The translations under genes were made by a program, and so were the position numbers. Under the pieces are notes generated by a model that worked only from the letters and a program-made list of their open reading frames with translations, had not been told where the DNA came from and made no database searches. This document shows, in pieces, positions 16,735-27,189 of a stretch of DNA of 64,000 nucleotides (positions are counted from its first letter, which is position 1; each line of letters begins with the position of its first letter). The DNA lies in NCBI GenBank assembly GCA_964619725.1, contig CAZUFC010000015.1, forward strand, positions 8,963 through 72,962, read 5' to 3'. This stretch comes from an uncultured bacterium. GTDB taxonomy: Bacteria > CSSED10-310 > CAZUFC01.

Positions 16735-18195
16735 CTATTTTTTTCTTCTGATTTTTACTTTAATGGGCGTCAAATTCATTCGATTCGACATCAGGAAGAC
16801 GGATAAAGCAAGCAGCAAAATACCCAGCGCCCATGCATCCGCAACGGGAACTTCCGACGACGGCGTATTGGAAGGCCGGGGAGAATTTGTAGCGGTGTTT
16901 TGAACGCCGGTCGGCGTCAGAGTAGCGACCGGAGTTTCGGTCGGAGCCGGAGTCGGAGTGTCGACACCGCCTGATATGACGAAGCTGAACGGATCGCTCA
17001 TCGCAGTTTCCTGTTCCCTGGAGCGGAGACTCACGTTATCCGTTCCATAGACGTAGGTCGTCATGTATTGCAGGCCGTCATAAACTTCAAAGTAATATTC
17101 CACGAGAGTTCCTGCAGGCAGAGCGAGAGGGATCACAAAGTAATAATATTCATTACTGTTCCACTCATCCAGGTAATACAGAATGCCTGAATTCCATTCT
17201 TCATCGCCCGGAGTGCGCTTATAGTAAGCCTTGCCTCCTGTCATTACATAGAGGGGATTACCGCCCACTATAATCGCACACGTCGCATCTTCCTCACCGG
17301 GAAAAGCCGGAACCCTCATTGAATCAAAAGGCGTAGGCTCGGGAATTAATGGGATGTGCCAGACGTTCATCAAAAAGGGATCAGGCGTGAATGTTACCGT
17401 CGGCGTATTCGTCGGCGTCGGCGTCTCGGTAATCACTGGCGTTTCCGTCGGACTTTGAAAAGGCGTAGGAGTCGGAGTCGGCGTCGCTATCCGGTAAAGC
17501 AGATAAATAATCTCATTCTCTGCCAGCTCCTGCGCATCCGCTATTCCATCCCCGTCTTCGTCGTCCGTATAAGCGCCCAAAACGGGTCCGTTCAATATCG
17601 TCCTATCGTCGTTTCCCAATACGATTCCATGTTCGCACATGATAGGTATGATCGTATAACCCGCTATACCCGTACTGGAAGGAAGAGGATTGAATTTTGA
17701 TGCATCGAAATATCCGAAATCTTCCCACGTGGTGAAATTAGGCACACTATTTGGAAAAGTGAAAACCTCGTGCGTCTGCTCCCAGCGATATATTACCTGC
17801 GGAGTAGTGAAATACCCGCAATAATCCACTCCCAGCGCAGCCCATAAATCTTCGTAGTAATATTGCAGAAAAATACCCCAATAACTGACGATCAGAGAAC
17901 CCCCGCTTTCAATATATTCAATTAAAGGGGGCACAGATTCCCGAAGGTATTCGTCATACTTGTGAATAATTACCAGGTCCCATTCCATTTCAAGTTTTTC
18001 GGCTAATTCCTCGTCGCTGGATGCCGTTTCGTAAGGAATTCCCAAAGCATTCAAAGCCGCTTCAAAATGGGGAGGACTTTGATTGCCCGGCGCTCCGCCT
18101 CTCACTTCCCTGAGAAGAACAGAATAAGCGTGGCTTGCGCTCCCCGACAATATAACGCTTAAAAAAATCAAAAAGAGGCACATTTTAATTTTCAT
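16735..18195 (-). CDS. Secreted two-domain protein with Pro/Thr linkers and an IPTL-CTERM-like C-terminal tail
   Basis: Signal peptide ending ASHA; Ca-loop DEDGDGIAD; two PT-rich tracts; ends VPVADAWALGILLLALSVFLM...KVKIRRKK. Confidence 0.7.
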   Translation of the reverse strand: MKIKMCLFLIFLSVILSGSASHAYSVLLREVRGGAPGNQSPPHFEAALNALGIPYETASSDEELAEKLEMEWDLVIIHKYDEYLRESVPPLIEYIESGGSLIVSYWGIFLQYYYEDLWAALGVDYCGYFTTPQVIYRWEQTHEVFTFPNSVPNFTTWEDFGYFDASKFNPLPSSTGIAGYTIIPIMCEHGIVLGNDDRTILNGPVLGAYTDDEDGDGIADAQELAENEIIYLLYRIATPTPTPTPFQSPTETPVITETPTPTNTPTVTFTPDPFLMNVWHIPLIPEPTPFDSMRVPAFPGEEDATCAIIVGGNPLYVMTGGKAYYKRTPGDEEWNSGILYYLDEWNSNEYYYFVIPLALPAGTLVEYYFEVYDGLQYMTTYVYGTDNVSLRSREQETAMSDPFSFVISGGVDTPTPAPTETPVATLTPTGVQNTATNSPRPSNTPSSEVPVADAWALGILLLALSVFLMSNRMNLTPIKVKIRRKK

Positions 18196-18285
18196 TTTTC
18201 AGCTCCGTTTGTTATCCAGGCTTTAAAGAGTCAAAACCCAATTATCAATATAAGCAAATCCATGCTATTGTCAAATAATCCAATA

Positions 18286-20808
18286 TCAGAATTTCATGCG
18301 TAAAACGAATTCGAATTCACGGGGCATAAAAGCGTATTGGGTGAAAGGACAAGTCGAATAAGAACTTCTTCCGTCACAAGGATAAAACGAATTTCCCTCT
18401 TCATTAAGCGCATTGTACAGATGAAGGCCCGTCCATAATTCCAGACCGAATTTTAATGGCCATTTTTTATTCAGATTGACCTCCAACATGTTTAATTCCG
18501 GGGCTTCGATCTGCTCAGTCCCGGCCGGTCCGCCTTCAGGATCAGCGATCCTGGTTCCCTTTTCATGCACCCACATTATCGCAGCCTGCCCGCCCCCCCA
18601 TGTCAGCCAATCGTATATCAACTGAGCGACGTATCTTTCTCCCGGATAGTTTTCGTATTGGACATCAACTTTTTTATAAGGAACGGCGCCTTCTGTCCAA
18701 AAGTCGTAGCGATGCGGAAATTCTTCGAAACTTTTCAACGGATTCCGGTAGGAACTGCCCTCTCCGTCAGCCCAGGCATAACCCGCCAGAAAACTGAAGT
18801 TTTTCCAGGTTCCCGTGAGAGAGAATTCAGCTCCAAGGACCTCTTCTCGCCCTGAATTCTGAAATTGATAACTGCGTTGTTCGGGAATCAGAGCGACTTT
18901 TTCGGACAATATCAATCTGTCGTTATAAATTTTGTAAAAAAGATCAGCGAGAATGTTTATATTGGGTGTGAGAAACGCCCGGCATCCTGCTTCGTAAACG
19001 GCATTTTTTTGTATCAGCAGGTTGTCGTTTCCGCGTTGGCCGAACAGGTTGCCTGTTTGCCGGTTAGCGGGAGAAGCAGCCCAGGTTTCTGTGAGAGGTA
19101 ATTGATGATGTTTACCGGCGTTGGCGAAAAGAATAACATTCCTGACAGGTTCGTAGGTAATTGCCAGATCGACGCTCAGCGCTGTACGAGTATTAAGGGG
19201 ACTGAACCAGAGCCATCTGAGACCGGGTTGGAAGGTCAACTTCGACATAGCCAGCCATTTATCCTGGATGAACAGTGAACCGGCATACCACTGTTCATCA
19301 TAAGTCCAGACAGCATTCCATTCCTCTTTTCCATCGTCGGGCCAGGTTTCCTCATCACCGACATAGGCTTTGATCGAATCCACATTAATAACGGATGCGT
19401 CAAACCCTAATTCCAACTCATTATCCAGAATGGACATCCAGATTATACCAGCTCTTATGCTCACCGCTTTTTCTTCCGCTTCGTCATAATAGGGAAAATA
19501 ATCAGCCTCTGAATTTTCAGGGTCCGTATAACGTTCGGGAGTCAGTATCTCGTCAGAATCGCTTCCTGCAGCGCCTGTTTTATAATTGCTGTGGGAATAT
19601 CGGACGATCCATGTCATAAACCTGTCGGGCGAGAACCTGTGATCAAATTTAACGTCCGTCATAAGGAATTTGCGGTTTTTCCGCATCGGCATATAATTCT
19701 GCAACAAGTAAAAATTTTCGTTGCGTTTCAAATAGTCGTCATAGATGAATTCAAGCGAAACCTCATTCCCCGGCGCCGGCATAATGGAAGTCCCTATCCA
19801 GTACCCGTTTTTCTGAGCGTACTTTTCATTGAGGAAAGGAGAAAATTTTTCCGCCTGATCTCTCGCCAGATAGCCGGCGAAGAACCAGTCATACATGCCG
19901 GATTCTCCGCCGAATGACCATAGTAAATTCCTTTTTTGAGCAGGTCCGGCATCACGGTCTGCAGACGCTGCTGCCTGACTCTGAGTTTCTTCATCGAAAA
20001 ACCCGTCATATCGCTCATCCGTCCATTCCTGTTCGCCGCCGACGATTCCTCTGAATTCCAGGTCCCCGAAAAAAGCAACCAGTCCGCGGCCGCTCCTGGG
20101 CGCCATAATAACTGTCCCTCCCAAACCTGAAGGCGTCTGCATGCCGAAAGAGGAAGGAATGAACCGGAATATTTTCATCACGGTCCACACAGGAAAATCT
20201 AATGCAGGATAACCGTCTAAAGCTCTATTCAAGGATAATCCGTCTTTAACGTAATTTATTTCGGCAGGTCTTGAAAAACGGCATTGTACAGCGCCGCGTT
20301 GATCAAAAACAGCCCCCGGATATAAACTTAACGCACGGAACATGGAACGGGAGAAAAATGCGTTGTTCTGCAAATCCTTTTTTATGAATTCCGATATGCC
20401 CCATACTCCCTGATAAGAAACGGATTTCCGGTCAACCGCCTTTTCTTTCTCGTATATTTCCGGTATCAGGACGAAATCTATTACTGAAGACCGGCCGATG
20501 ATTATTTCGACGCTTTCACGCTTTACAGGTACAAATCCCTCCCGCCTGGCGGTTATATCATACTTACCGGGCAATAAAGGCGCCAGACAATAACGCCCCA
20601 GGTCGTCCGTTGTCGCTTTTAATGATAAATTCTGCTCTTCTTTGCCGAATACCAATACTTCTACGTTCTCCAGCGGCGCACCCGTATCGTCATTGACCGT
20701 CCCGCGCAGGAGACCGGATGGATGAGCATAAACAGCATGATGGACAAGAAAAATGTTTACGACAAGAAGGAGTGGAATTGAACCTGTGAAAGTTAATCTG
20801 TGACGCAT
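18286..20808 (-). CDS. TonB-dependent receptor with N-terminal carboxypeptidase-regulatory-like domain
   Basis: GLLRGTV.D.TGAPL.NVEV...TTD..G.Y....L.PGKY.I.A...GF; plug-like segment (SLYPGAV...EINYVKDG); F.QDKW...LT..PGLR; YNALN; C-terminal Phe (LRMKF). Confidence 0.8.
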   Translation of the reverse strand: MRHRLTFTGSIPLLLVVNIFLVHHAVYAHPSGLLRGTVNDDTGAPLENVEVLVFGKEEQNLSLKATTDDLGRYCLAPLLPGKYDITARREGFVPVKRESVEIIIGRSSVIDFVLIPEIYEKEKAVDRKSVSYQGVWGISEFIKKDLQNNAFFSRSMFRALSLYPGAVFDQRGAVQCRFSRPAEINYVKDGLSLNRALDGYPALDFPVWTVMKIFRFIPSSFGMQTPSGLGGTVIMAPRSGRGLVAFFGDLEFRGIVGGEQEWTDERYDGFFDEETQSQAAASADRDAGPAQKRNLLWSFGGESGMYDWFFAGYLARDQAEKFSPFLNEKYAQKNGYWIGTSIMPAPGNEVSLEFIYDDYLKRNENFYLLQNYMPMRKNRKFLMTDVKFDHRFSPDRFMTWIVRYSHSNYKTGAAGSDSDEILTPERYTDPENSEADYFPYYDEAEEKAVSIRAGIIWMSILDNELELGFDASVINVDSIKAYVGDEETWPDDGKEEWNAVWTYDEQWYAGSLFIQDKWLAMSKLTFQPGLRWLWFSPLNTRTALSVDLAITYEPVRNVILFANAGKHHQLPLTETWAASPANRQTGNLFGQRGNDNLLIQKNAVYEAGCRAFLTPNINILADLFYKIYNDRLILSEKVALIPEQRSYQFQNSGREEVLGAEFSLTGTWKNFSFLAGYAWADGEGSSYRNPLKSFEEFPHRYDFWTEGAVPYKKVDVQYENYPGERYVAQLIYDWLTWGGGQAAIMWVHEKGTRIADPEGGPAGTEQIEAPELNMLEVNLNKKWPLKFGLELWTGLHLYNALNEEGNSFYPCDGRSSYSTCPFTQYAFMPREFEFVLRMKF

Positions 20809-20817
20809 TACCTGGAG

Positions 20818-22722
20818 TTAAAACCGGAAAAACAGACTGGCTGCGAATTTCCTGGGGCTTCCCGTATTGCCGGAGAATGGCTGCGGTTTCGCATCTCCGG
20901 TCAGGAGATTGACTTCTCTGATGTTTTCATGATCGAAAATATTGATTATCCGGAAATCAAACGTAATCTGCAACCAGTTAAAATAATTCAAATCCTTTGA
21001 TAGAATCAGATTCACTTCATTCCATGGCGGATACCTTCGTGAATTTTTCGGCGGTTCGCCGGCTTCCTGCATCTGTTCCGAAGCCCCCTCTGTTCGAGCT
21101 ATCGGCGTAAAAGGATACCCCGTGTGAAAATCCCAGGACAGATTGGCTCCGAATCCTCCCAGATGTGTCGTATAATAATCCAGGATCAACTTTAAGGCAT
21201 GCCGGACATCGGAATCAAGATAATAAGTCCGCGGAACTTCCAGATACAGCTTATCGACCCAGTCAGGCTTAATCGAACGCATTGCCTTTGCTTCAGCGAA
21301 AAGGTATTCGGCCAGACCGGAAAATTCCTTTCCGAATCTTTTTTTGAGGTGAGTCTTTACCCCCCAGATTCTGCCGTCACCTCCGTTCCAGAATACATAC
21401 CTTTTCGTCAGCGGGTCCTCGTCGTCCGACCAGATGTCATAACTGACGATTACGTCGTCCAAAGATTTATAGAATGCCTTCACTCCGATTCGATAGTCAT
21501 TGAAGAAGTTCTGGTCGACTCCGAATTCATAATGCCGGGAATATTGAGGCGATACCGAATCATCCTCAATCATATACCATTTTTCTGCCGTTTTCTCATT
21601 CATCGGCTCCATATGAACAGTCGAAGGCGAAGGCGGCGCCACGCTTAATTTAAACATCGCCATTACGATGAGATTCTCAACCGGAGAATAGGAAAGCGAA
21701 AACCCCGGCAAAATGAACTGCTTGTTTTCCTTTCGCAGATAACTGAAATACCGCCAATTCAAATAAGGTTCCAGAAACAGCCTATCCGAAGCCTCCCATT
21801 GATCCTTTATGTACAAACGGTTCTCTGTATACTCGGACTCGCTCCGCCAACCTATATTGCCCCCCTCCGGCCATTCCGCAGGCTCTTTTACAAGACCTTC
21901 ATCACGTTCAAAAACAGAATTCCTGACCTCGAAACCCGCCTTTATCTGATGTTCCTGAAAATACTCCTTGATTACTTCCCCGTTTATCTTGAACAACTGC
22001 TCTTCAAAATCTTTATACCCCTTGAAATCATTCTCCTGATAATCCTCGGGGGCCTTCATATCATAGGAACCCTCCTGCTCCCTGGCGGCCATCTTGTACT
22101 CCTTTGCTTCATAACTCGAAGAAATCATCATCCAGGACGACGATGAAAAACTGTGATCGAACTGCGCCAGGAACCCTCTGTCGAAATCATCCTCTGAAGC
22201 CCCTCCGTTGACTTTCGGATCATAGTACTCGTAGTAATAATCCGTCTGAAACTGATCTCTGTTGAATCGACCGGCCAGATTGAATCCATACTTATCCGAC
22301 GGTCGAATCGATACCCGAAACATGTGATCGTTAGATAATAAATATTCGGGATTGATGAAACCGGAATCGTTCGTGTCGCTCGTCATTAAATTGCCTAATA
22401 TAAGCCAGTCGCCCAGATTCCCCATTCCACCGCCGAAAAGCCAACCGTAACTGCTCTCAGTGAAAATCCGGTTTTCCTTCTCTATTCCGCCTCGCCCTCC
22501 CTGAATGCTTATTCTTCCGAAAAACGGGTCTTCACGAAACCTCCCCGTTAAATTCAACTCGAAAAGCTTCTGAAAAAATTCGTCTTCCTTGCCTTCATCC
22601 AGAGGATTCTTCTCATTGGCGCCGTCAGAAAAAGCATCAAATCGAGAATAATCAAAATCGGCGAGAACCGAACTTGAAATCACGAATAATAACAAAAAGG
22701 AAATTATGGGCAGCTTTCTCAT
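20818..22722 (-). CDS. TonB-dependent-receptor-like beta-barrel apparently lacking a plug domain
   Basis: GGGAGG RBS and signal peptide; YIKDQW, P..SRHYEFG, FYK, GYPFTP, INIFDHEN, SPR; C-terminal FFRF. Only 634 aa, and barrel strands begin within about 60-90 residues. Confidence 0.65.
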   Translation of the reverse strand: MRKLPIISFLLLFVISSSVLADFDYSRFDAFSDGANEKNPLDEGKEDEFFQKLFELNLTGRFREDPFFGRISIQGGRGGIEKENRIFTESSYGWLFGGGMGNLGDWLILGNLMTSDTNDSGFINPEYLLSNDHMFRVSIRPSDKYGFNLAGRFNRDQFQTDYYYEYYDPKVNGGASEDDFDRGFLAQFDHSFSSSSWMMISSSYEAKEYKMAAREQEGSYDMKAPEDYQENDFKGYKDFEEQLFKINGEVIKEYFQEHQIKAGFEVRNSVFERDEGLVKEPAEWPEGGNIGWRSESEYTENRLYIKDQWEASDRLFLEPYLNWRYFSYLRKENKQFILPGFSLSYSPVENLIVMAMFKLSVAPPSPSTVHMEPMNEKTAEKWYMIEDDSVSPQYSRHYEFGVDQNFFNDYRIGVKAFYKSLDDVIVSYDIWSDDEDPLTKRYVFWNGGDGRIWGVKTHLKKRFGKEFSGLAEYLFAEAKAMRSIKPDWVDKLYLEVPRTYYLDSDVRHALKLILDYYTTHLGGFGANLSWDFHTGYPFTPIARTEGASEQMQEAGEPPKNSRRYPPWNEVNLILSKDLNYFNWLQITFDFRIINIFDHENIREVNLLTGDAKPQPFSGNTGSPRKFAASLFFRF

Positions 22723-22978
22723 CTTTGGGCCTCCCTGGGAAAAGGGATTCTATTACCATATTTCTATATTATATTCTCCGCTTTTTTTCAAGTCATTCCG
22801 TCCTTCAGGCATTTTCCCTGAAAAAAAAGTAAACATGACCGGGTGCGCGACAAGTGTAAATTCCCTTGAAATCACGCAAAAGACTCGACTCCCACTAACC
22901 CTGTTACACCTCTTAAAGTCATAATTTTCCGGAAGAATTTCCGCGGTTTTCATTTCTTTTCCTCGCGGCGCGGCAAAA

Positions 22979-25882
22979 TCAAAAATTCTGCCTGATGGAA
23001 AACTGATAGATAACGTCGTTTTCAAGATCGGTCATGTTTTTGATTTTCCGTGCGAAATCGAAATGCAATTCCAATCCGAAGATATAGAATTTAATGCCGA
23101 GTCCCAAACTTCCCTTGACTGTGCCTTCCTCCTTGCGGCCGTTGACATTTTTTTCTTTGAAATGGACATCATCCCAGTCGTCCCAGGCTGCGCCGTAATC
23201 CAGGAAGATGACGCCTCTTATGCCGCTGAATGTAAGGCCTCCTGCAAAGTTAATATGATTGATGAGAGGAAATCGCAGTTCGACATTCATAAGGCCGACT
23301 CTGGTTCCAAAAAATTCAGCGTATTCGTAACCTCTAAGCAGATTGAGCGATTCGCCCATGTAGATCAGTCCTGCGACTCCGCCTAAAAAGAAAAAATCGG
23401 GATTCTCGCCGTCGCTCCTTTTATGCAGTAATCTTGCTGCAATGAGCGAGCGTTTCGTCAGCTTTATGTATTGCCTGAAGTCGAAGGTTTTTATATCGAA
23501 ATCAACGATCTGATCGTTGAAACGCAAGGGATAAGCATAACTGAGGAAGTATCTCCGGCCTGCGGAAGGACCGAACGGCGCCCATAAAACGCTGTCCGCG
23601 ACAAAAGTGGTCGTAAACAGGGAAACCTGGATAACCGGATCATAATAGGTTAATTCTGCCGTATCATCGTCCTGTTCATAAAATGAATAACTGAACTCGA
23701 TTCGTCTGAAAAGATCGAACGGCCAGGAAAAAAGCGCGGCCCCTCCCGTCACGTTCCTGGTATAACGCTTGCCGTCATAGTAGTAATAATCGGAATATCT
23801 GAACCCCTGAAGCCCGACGTCCCATCGTTTGCGGAGGTAGAAATACTGAGTAAAAATGCTCGATTGATTCGTCACTCTCCCCCCGGAAAAGATCAGCCGG
23901 TGGTGTCCGAGCATGTCCGAAAAAATGACCGCTCCATCCGCAAAAAGAACTCCGTCAGAAGTATACCCGATACCCGCCTGATAGAAATCGGGCAAGAGAG
24001 TAAAACCGGGATTTTTATCCCCCAGTTGGGAACTTTCCGGGGTGTATGCCGGCCATTTTTTTTCTTTTTCCTCAACATAGTCCGGCAAACCGTAAAATTC
24101 CGCCTTCGAATCGGATTGCATGTTCAGAGGATTTCGATCTGCATCTATTCTACATATTTTTTGCGCGCCGTGTTCGAAACTGGAGAATGCAATTTCCTTA
24201 TCGTCCGGCGAAAAAGCGGGGGCAAAATTTCCGCCGAATACATTAGTCAGCCGCCTTATCTTTCCTGTATCCATATCGTAAATATACAGGTCGTTAATAA
24301 GCTGATTGCGATCAGAAACGAATGCGATCATTTTTCCGTCAGAAGAAAAGGAAGGTTCAATGTCATTCCCCTTATCGTCTGTCAGCATTCGCTCCTCAGA
24401 CTCACGGTCAAGAGGATGCATCACCAGTGAAGAAAAGCGCCCTCTTTCCGAACTGAAAACGATGGAATCGCCTGCAGGCGACCAGGCCGGCGTCTCGTCG
24501 TAATGCTCGTCGTTCGTCAAATTTATTATTTCTTCTGTCTCCAAATCCAGGATAAAAATATCTGATTGACCGTCCCCGTAAGCGGCAAATACCACTCTGT
24601 CGCCGTCGGGAGAAAAACACGGATTACTGACCTCATCGAGCGGCAAATCATAGCGCCTGTAATGCGACTTAGTTATTACGTCGAACAAATAAAGGCTGCT
24701 GGTGTTCTCTGAAAGACCGAAAAACGCCAGGTATTCGCCGGACGGCGACCAGGCCAGCGCCTTGCCGCTCGTTTCCATATAATGAAAATCCATACGATCG
24801 TATTCTCCGCATGTCAAACATATTTTTTCGGTATCTTCATCCCAGGAATCCAGAAATATCTCAAGCCTGTCCTTATGCTGCTGAATATACGCCGTTCCCT
24901 GACCTGCCGGCGCCCACACGGGAGACAGAGAGCTGTAAAAGGTCTTCGTAGAACCGAGGGTTTTGCCGTAATCCGATGGAAATTCTTTTTTGCTCTCTAA
25001 TTCCGCATATTTTCGCCTTAAATATCTTAACCATTCCCTGTTCAGCTCCTCTGCTTCCTTGTCGAAGGTCTTCTCTACCGCATCCTTTAAAAATGTGTCT
25101 GATTTAAGTTTTTTTCTTAATTCCCAGAGGAAATCTCTGAAAGCTTTCATGCCGTATTCGTCGGCAATGTACTCGACGAGGGAGTGAGAAGCCTGATAAC
25201 CCAGATATCCGCTGTAAAACTGTCCGAAGGATTGAGTCGTCACCAGCGGCGGAATAAGATCGTTCACCACGGCATCCCTCAAAATCATCAGTCCTACAGC
25301 GCTCCAATCCATTGCGATGTATTCCGCCAGCCCCTCCGCTATCCACAACGGTATCTTGGATAAATCCGTATAGCGCGACGCAATGAACAAATCAAATGTA
25401 AAACTGTGAGTCAACTCATGCGTGATTAATGATTTCAGATCATCCCTTTTACCGGAAATGGGAATGACGATGCGGTTTTTTATCGGTTCGGAGAATCCCG
25501 CTACCCCCCTGGGAATCATATCCAGGATGATGTTGGTCTGGCGAAAATGAGTTCTGTTCCGATAAAGAACCAGTGGAATTTTATCTTCCAGTACATGATT
25601 CAGGTCCCGGCTGAGCTTTAAATACGCCCTTTCCGCCATGGTTACCACTTCCATTACCGATTCTTTCTCAACCTCATAATAGTAAACCTCGTAGTGCTCG
25701 CTTTCATGCACGCGCCATTTGAACTGATCGTAATTGATCTTGTTTTTTCCAAAATACTGCGCGTGCACGGAAGAAATTCCCGCAAAAGATAAGCTGACGA
25801 TTAAAAAAGCTGCCGTAATGATCGAGCTTCGCCGTTTTCGTGAGTCACATATTTTAAAAGCTTCATTGTTTCTGTCTCTCAA
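22979..25882 (-). CDS. Peptidase-MA-like (HExxH) + TolB/PD40 beta-propeller + Omp85/BamA-like barrel fusion protein
   Basis: AQYFGKNKI, HELTH...PLWIAEGLAEY, several P.(W/F)SPDG..I.F.S repeats, FFLGG....LRGY, ELRFP, FLD.G.AW; C-terminal Phe. Confidence 0.88.
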   Translation of the reverse strand: MRDRNNEAFKICDSRKRRSSIITAAFLIVSLSFAGISSVHAQYFGKNKINYDQFKWRVHESEHYEVYYYEVEKESVMEVVTMAERAYLKLSRDLNHVLEDKIPLVLYRNRTHFRQTNIILDMIPRGVAGFSEPIKNRIVIPISGKRDDLKSLITHELTHSFTFDLFIASRYTDLSKIPLWIAEGLAEYIAMDWSAVGLMILRDAVVNDLIPPLVTTQSFGQFYSGYLGYQASHSLVEYIADEYGMKAFRDFLWELRKKLKSDTFLKDAVEKTFDKEAEELNREWLRYLRRKYAELESKKEFPSDYGKTLGSTKTFYSSLSPVWAPAGQGTAYIQQHKDRLEIFLDSWDEDTEKICLTCGEYDRMDFHYMETSGKALAWSPSGEYLAFFGLSENTSSLYLFDVITKSHYRRYDLPLDEVSNPCFSPDGDRVVFAAYGDGQSDIFILDLETEEIINLTNDEHYDETPAWSPAGDSIVFSSERGRFSSLVMHPLDRESEERMLTDDKGNDIEPSFSSDGKMIAFVSDRNQLINDLYIYDMDTGKIRRLTNVFGGNFAPAFSPDDKEIAFSSFEHGAQKICRIDADRNPLNMQSDSKAEFYGLPDYVEEKEKKWPAYTPESSQLGDKNPGFTLLPDFYQAGIGYTSDGVLFADGAVIFSDMLGHHRLIFSGGRVTNQSSIFTQYFYLRKRWDVGLQGFRYSDYYYYDGKRYTRNVTGGAALFSWPFDLFRRIEFSYSFYEQDDDTAELTYYDPVIQVSLFTTTFVADSVLWAPFGPSAGRRYFLSYAYPLRFNDQIVDFDIKTFDFRQYIKLTKRSLIAARLLHKRSDGENPDFFFLGGVAGLIYMGESLNLLRGYEYAEFFGTRVGLMNVELRFPLINHINFAGGLTFSGIRGVIFLDYGAAWDDWDDVHFKEKNVNGRKEEGTVKGSLGLGIKFYIFGLELHFDFARKIKNMTDLENDVIYQFSIRQNF

Positions 25883-25908
25883 AATTTTTTCCTCACTTGT
25901 CGAGTTTA

Positions 25909-26649
25909 TTATTTCAACAAATATCTCGTTTCCTCACGTTTTTTACCTGTAATCAGAGAAACGAATTCTTCAGCCTTCGGCTCGAAAATTTCAAAGAAAT
26001 GATAAAGTTCCATGCGTCCTTCAAGATTCACATCCTGCTTCTCGGCCCTGTCCAGGACTATATTGTCGCTTTTTAAATCCACCAGGATCATCCTCAGGTC
26101 GTAATCATAATCGCTCATTTCCCTCTGAACCGTGATCTGCCTGGGATGATGATAATACGGGTCTTCGACCGTTTCCGTGACGAAACCCTGGAAAGTATAA
26201 CCGTCGTATTTGATGTAACCCGTCACAATCAGGTCGCCCTTTATCAGAGACTGAAATTTTTCCCAGAAATCCGTATCATGAGTCTCCGGCCATTCCATCT
26301 GCGGCTTTTCTATAACCTTTTTTATCTCCTCCATATCCGCTACTTCTACTTCATCAAACTGATCGTCAGCTTCCACAATTCGGCGAACCAGATTCGTCAT
26401 CTCTTCGCCGGCGTCAATGAATTCGCTCTCCCCATAAAAAGGAACAATCGTAATGCTTTCGATTTTCTCTCTGTCCACAGGCGATTTTTCTGCAGCCTCG
26501 TATCTTATTCGGACCCTGTTCGCGCATCCGCCGCAGAAAAGCAATCCGATCCCTATAAGAAATACAATCATAAACAGGTTCCGTTTCGCGCCGGGACATC
26601 GGCGCTGATCATATTTGAAAAAATTACAGGAAAAAATTAAATGGGTCAT
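25909..26649 (-). CDS. Putative lipoprotein (CsgG/LpoB-like alpha/beta fold, tentative)
   Basis: Hydrophobic stretch ending CGGC lipobox-like site; I.IVPF and D.IVTG.I pattern. Start placed at ATG 26649 after GAGG. Confidence 0.55.
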   Translation of the reverse strand: MTHLIFSCNFFKYDQRRCPGAKRNLFMIVFLIGIGLLFCGGCANRVRIRYEAAEKSPVDREKIESITIVPFYGESEFIDAGEEMTNLVRRIVEADDQFDEVEVADMEEIKKVIEKPQMEWPETHDTDFWEKFQSLIKGDLIVTGYIKYDGYTFQGFVTETVEDPYYHHPRQITVQREMSDYDYDLRMILVDLKSDNIVLDRAEKQDVNLEGRMELYHFFEIFEPKAEEFVSLITGKKREETRYLLK

Positions 26650-26653
26650 GAGT

Positions 26654-27070
26654 CTATTCCTCAAATTCATCTGCATCTGCCGGCTTTTTTTCTTTTGCTT
26701 CAAGAAGTATCTGAAGGTTCTTCAGGTTTTTCTTTAAAGTTCTGTTGCCTGGATCGATGCTCAACGCTTTATCGTAAAAAATTTTGGCGGATTCATAATT
26801 CCCCTTTTTTTCCATAATGATCGCCATATTGTTTAAGGCTTTGTAATTATCCGGGTCAACCTGCAGCATGCGATCCCACCAGTATGCCGACTCTTCCCAG
26901 TACCCTTTTTTGGCCAGTTTAACGGCGTGAGCGTTGATCTGGTTCATGCGTTTCTTTTTTGAGACGGTACCGCAGCCAGCGGCGGCGACGATAAGCGCCA
27001 TGGCGAGGATAAAAAGAAATTTACCGCTTCTGGAAGCGATGAAAAGAGTTTCAAAAAGCGGATTTTTCAT
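26654..27070 (-). CDS. Small TPR-repeat lipoprotein
   Basis: Lipobox AAGC; TPR pattern DPDNYKALNNMA.....GNYESA..FY.KALSIDP; GGAGG RBS before ATG 27070. Confidence 0.8.
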   Translation of the reverse strand: MKNPLFETLFIASRSGKFLFILAMALIVAAAGCGTVSKKKRMNQINAHAVKLAKKGYWEESAYWWDRMLQVDPDNYKALNNMAIIMEKKGNYESAKIFYDKALSIDPGNRTLKKNLKNLQILLEAKEKKPADADEFEE

Positions 27071-27189
27071 ATCCACCTCCCTCTCAATATTTCATCCTAA
27101 ATTCGTAAAAGCCGCATTGTCAAATATCTCCTGTAATAACGGCGATTGAACCGATGTTTACCCGTAAGATCAGGCGTTTTTTCGATGGT

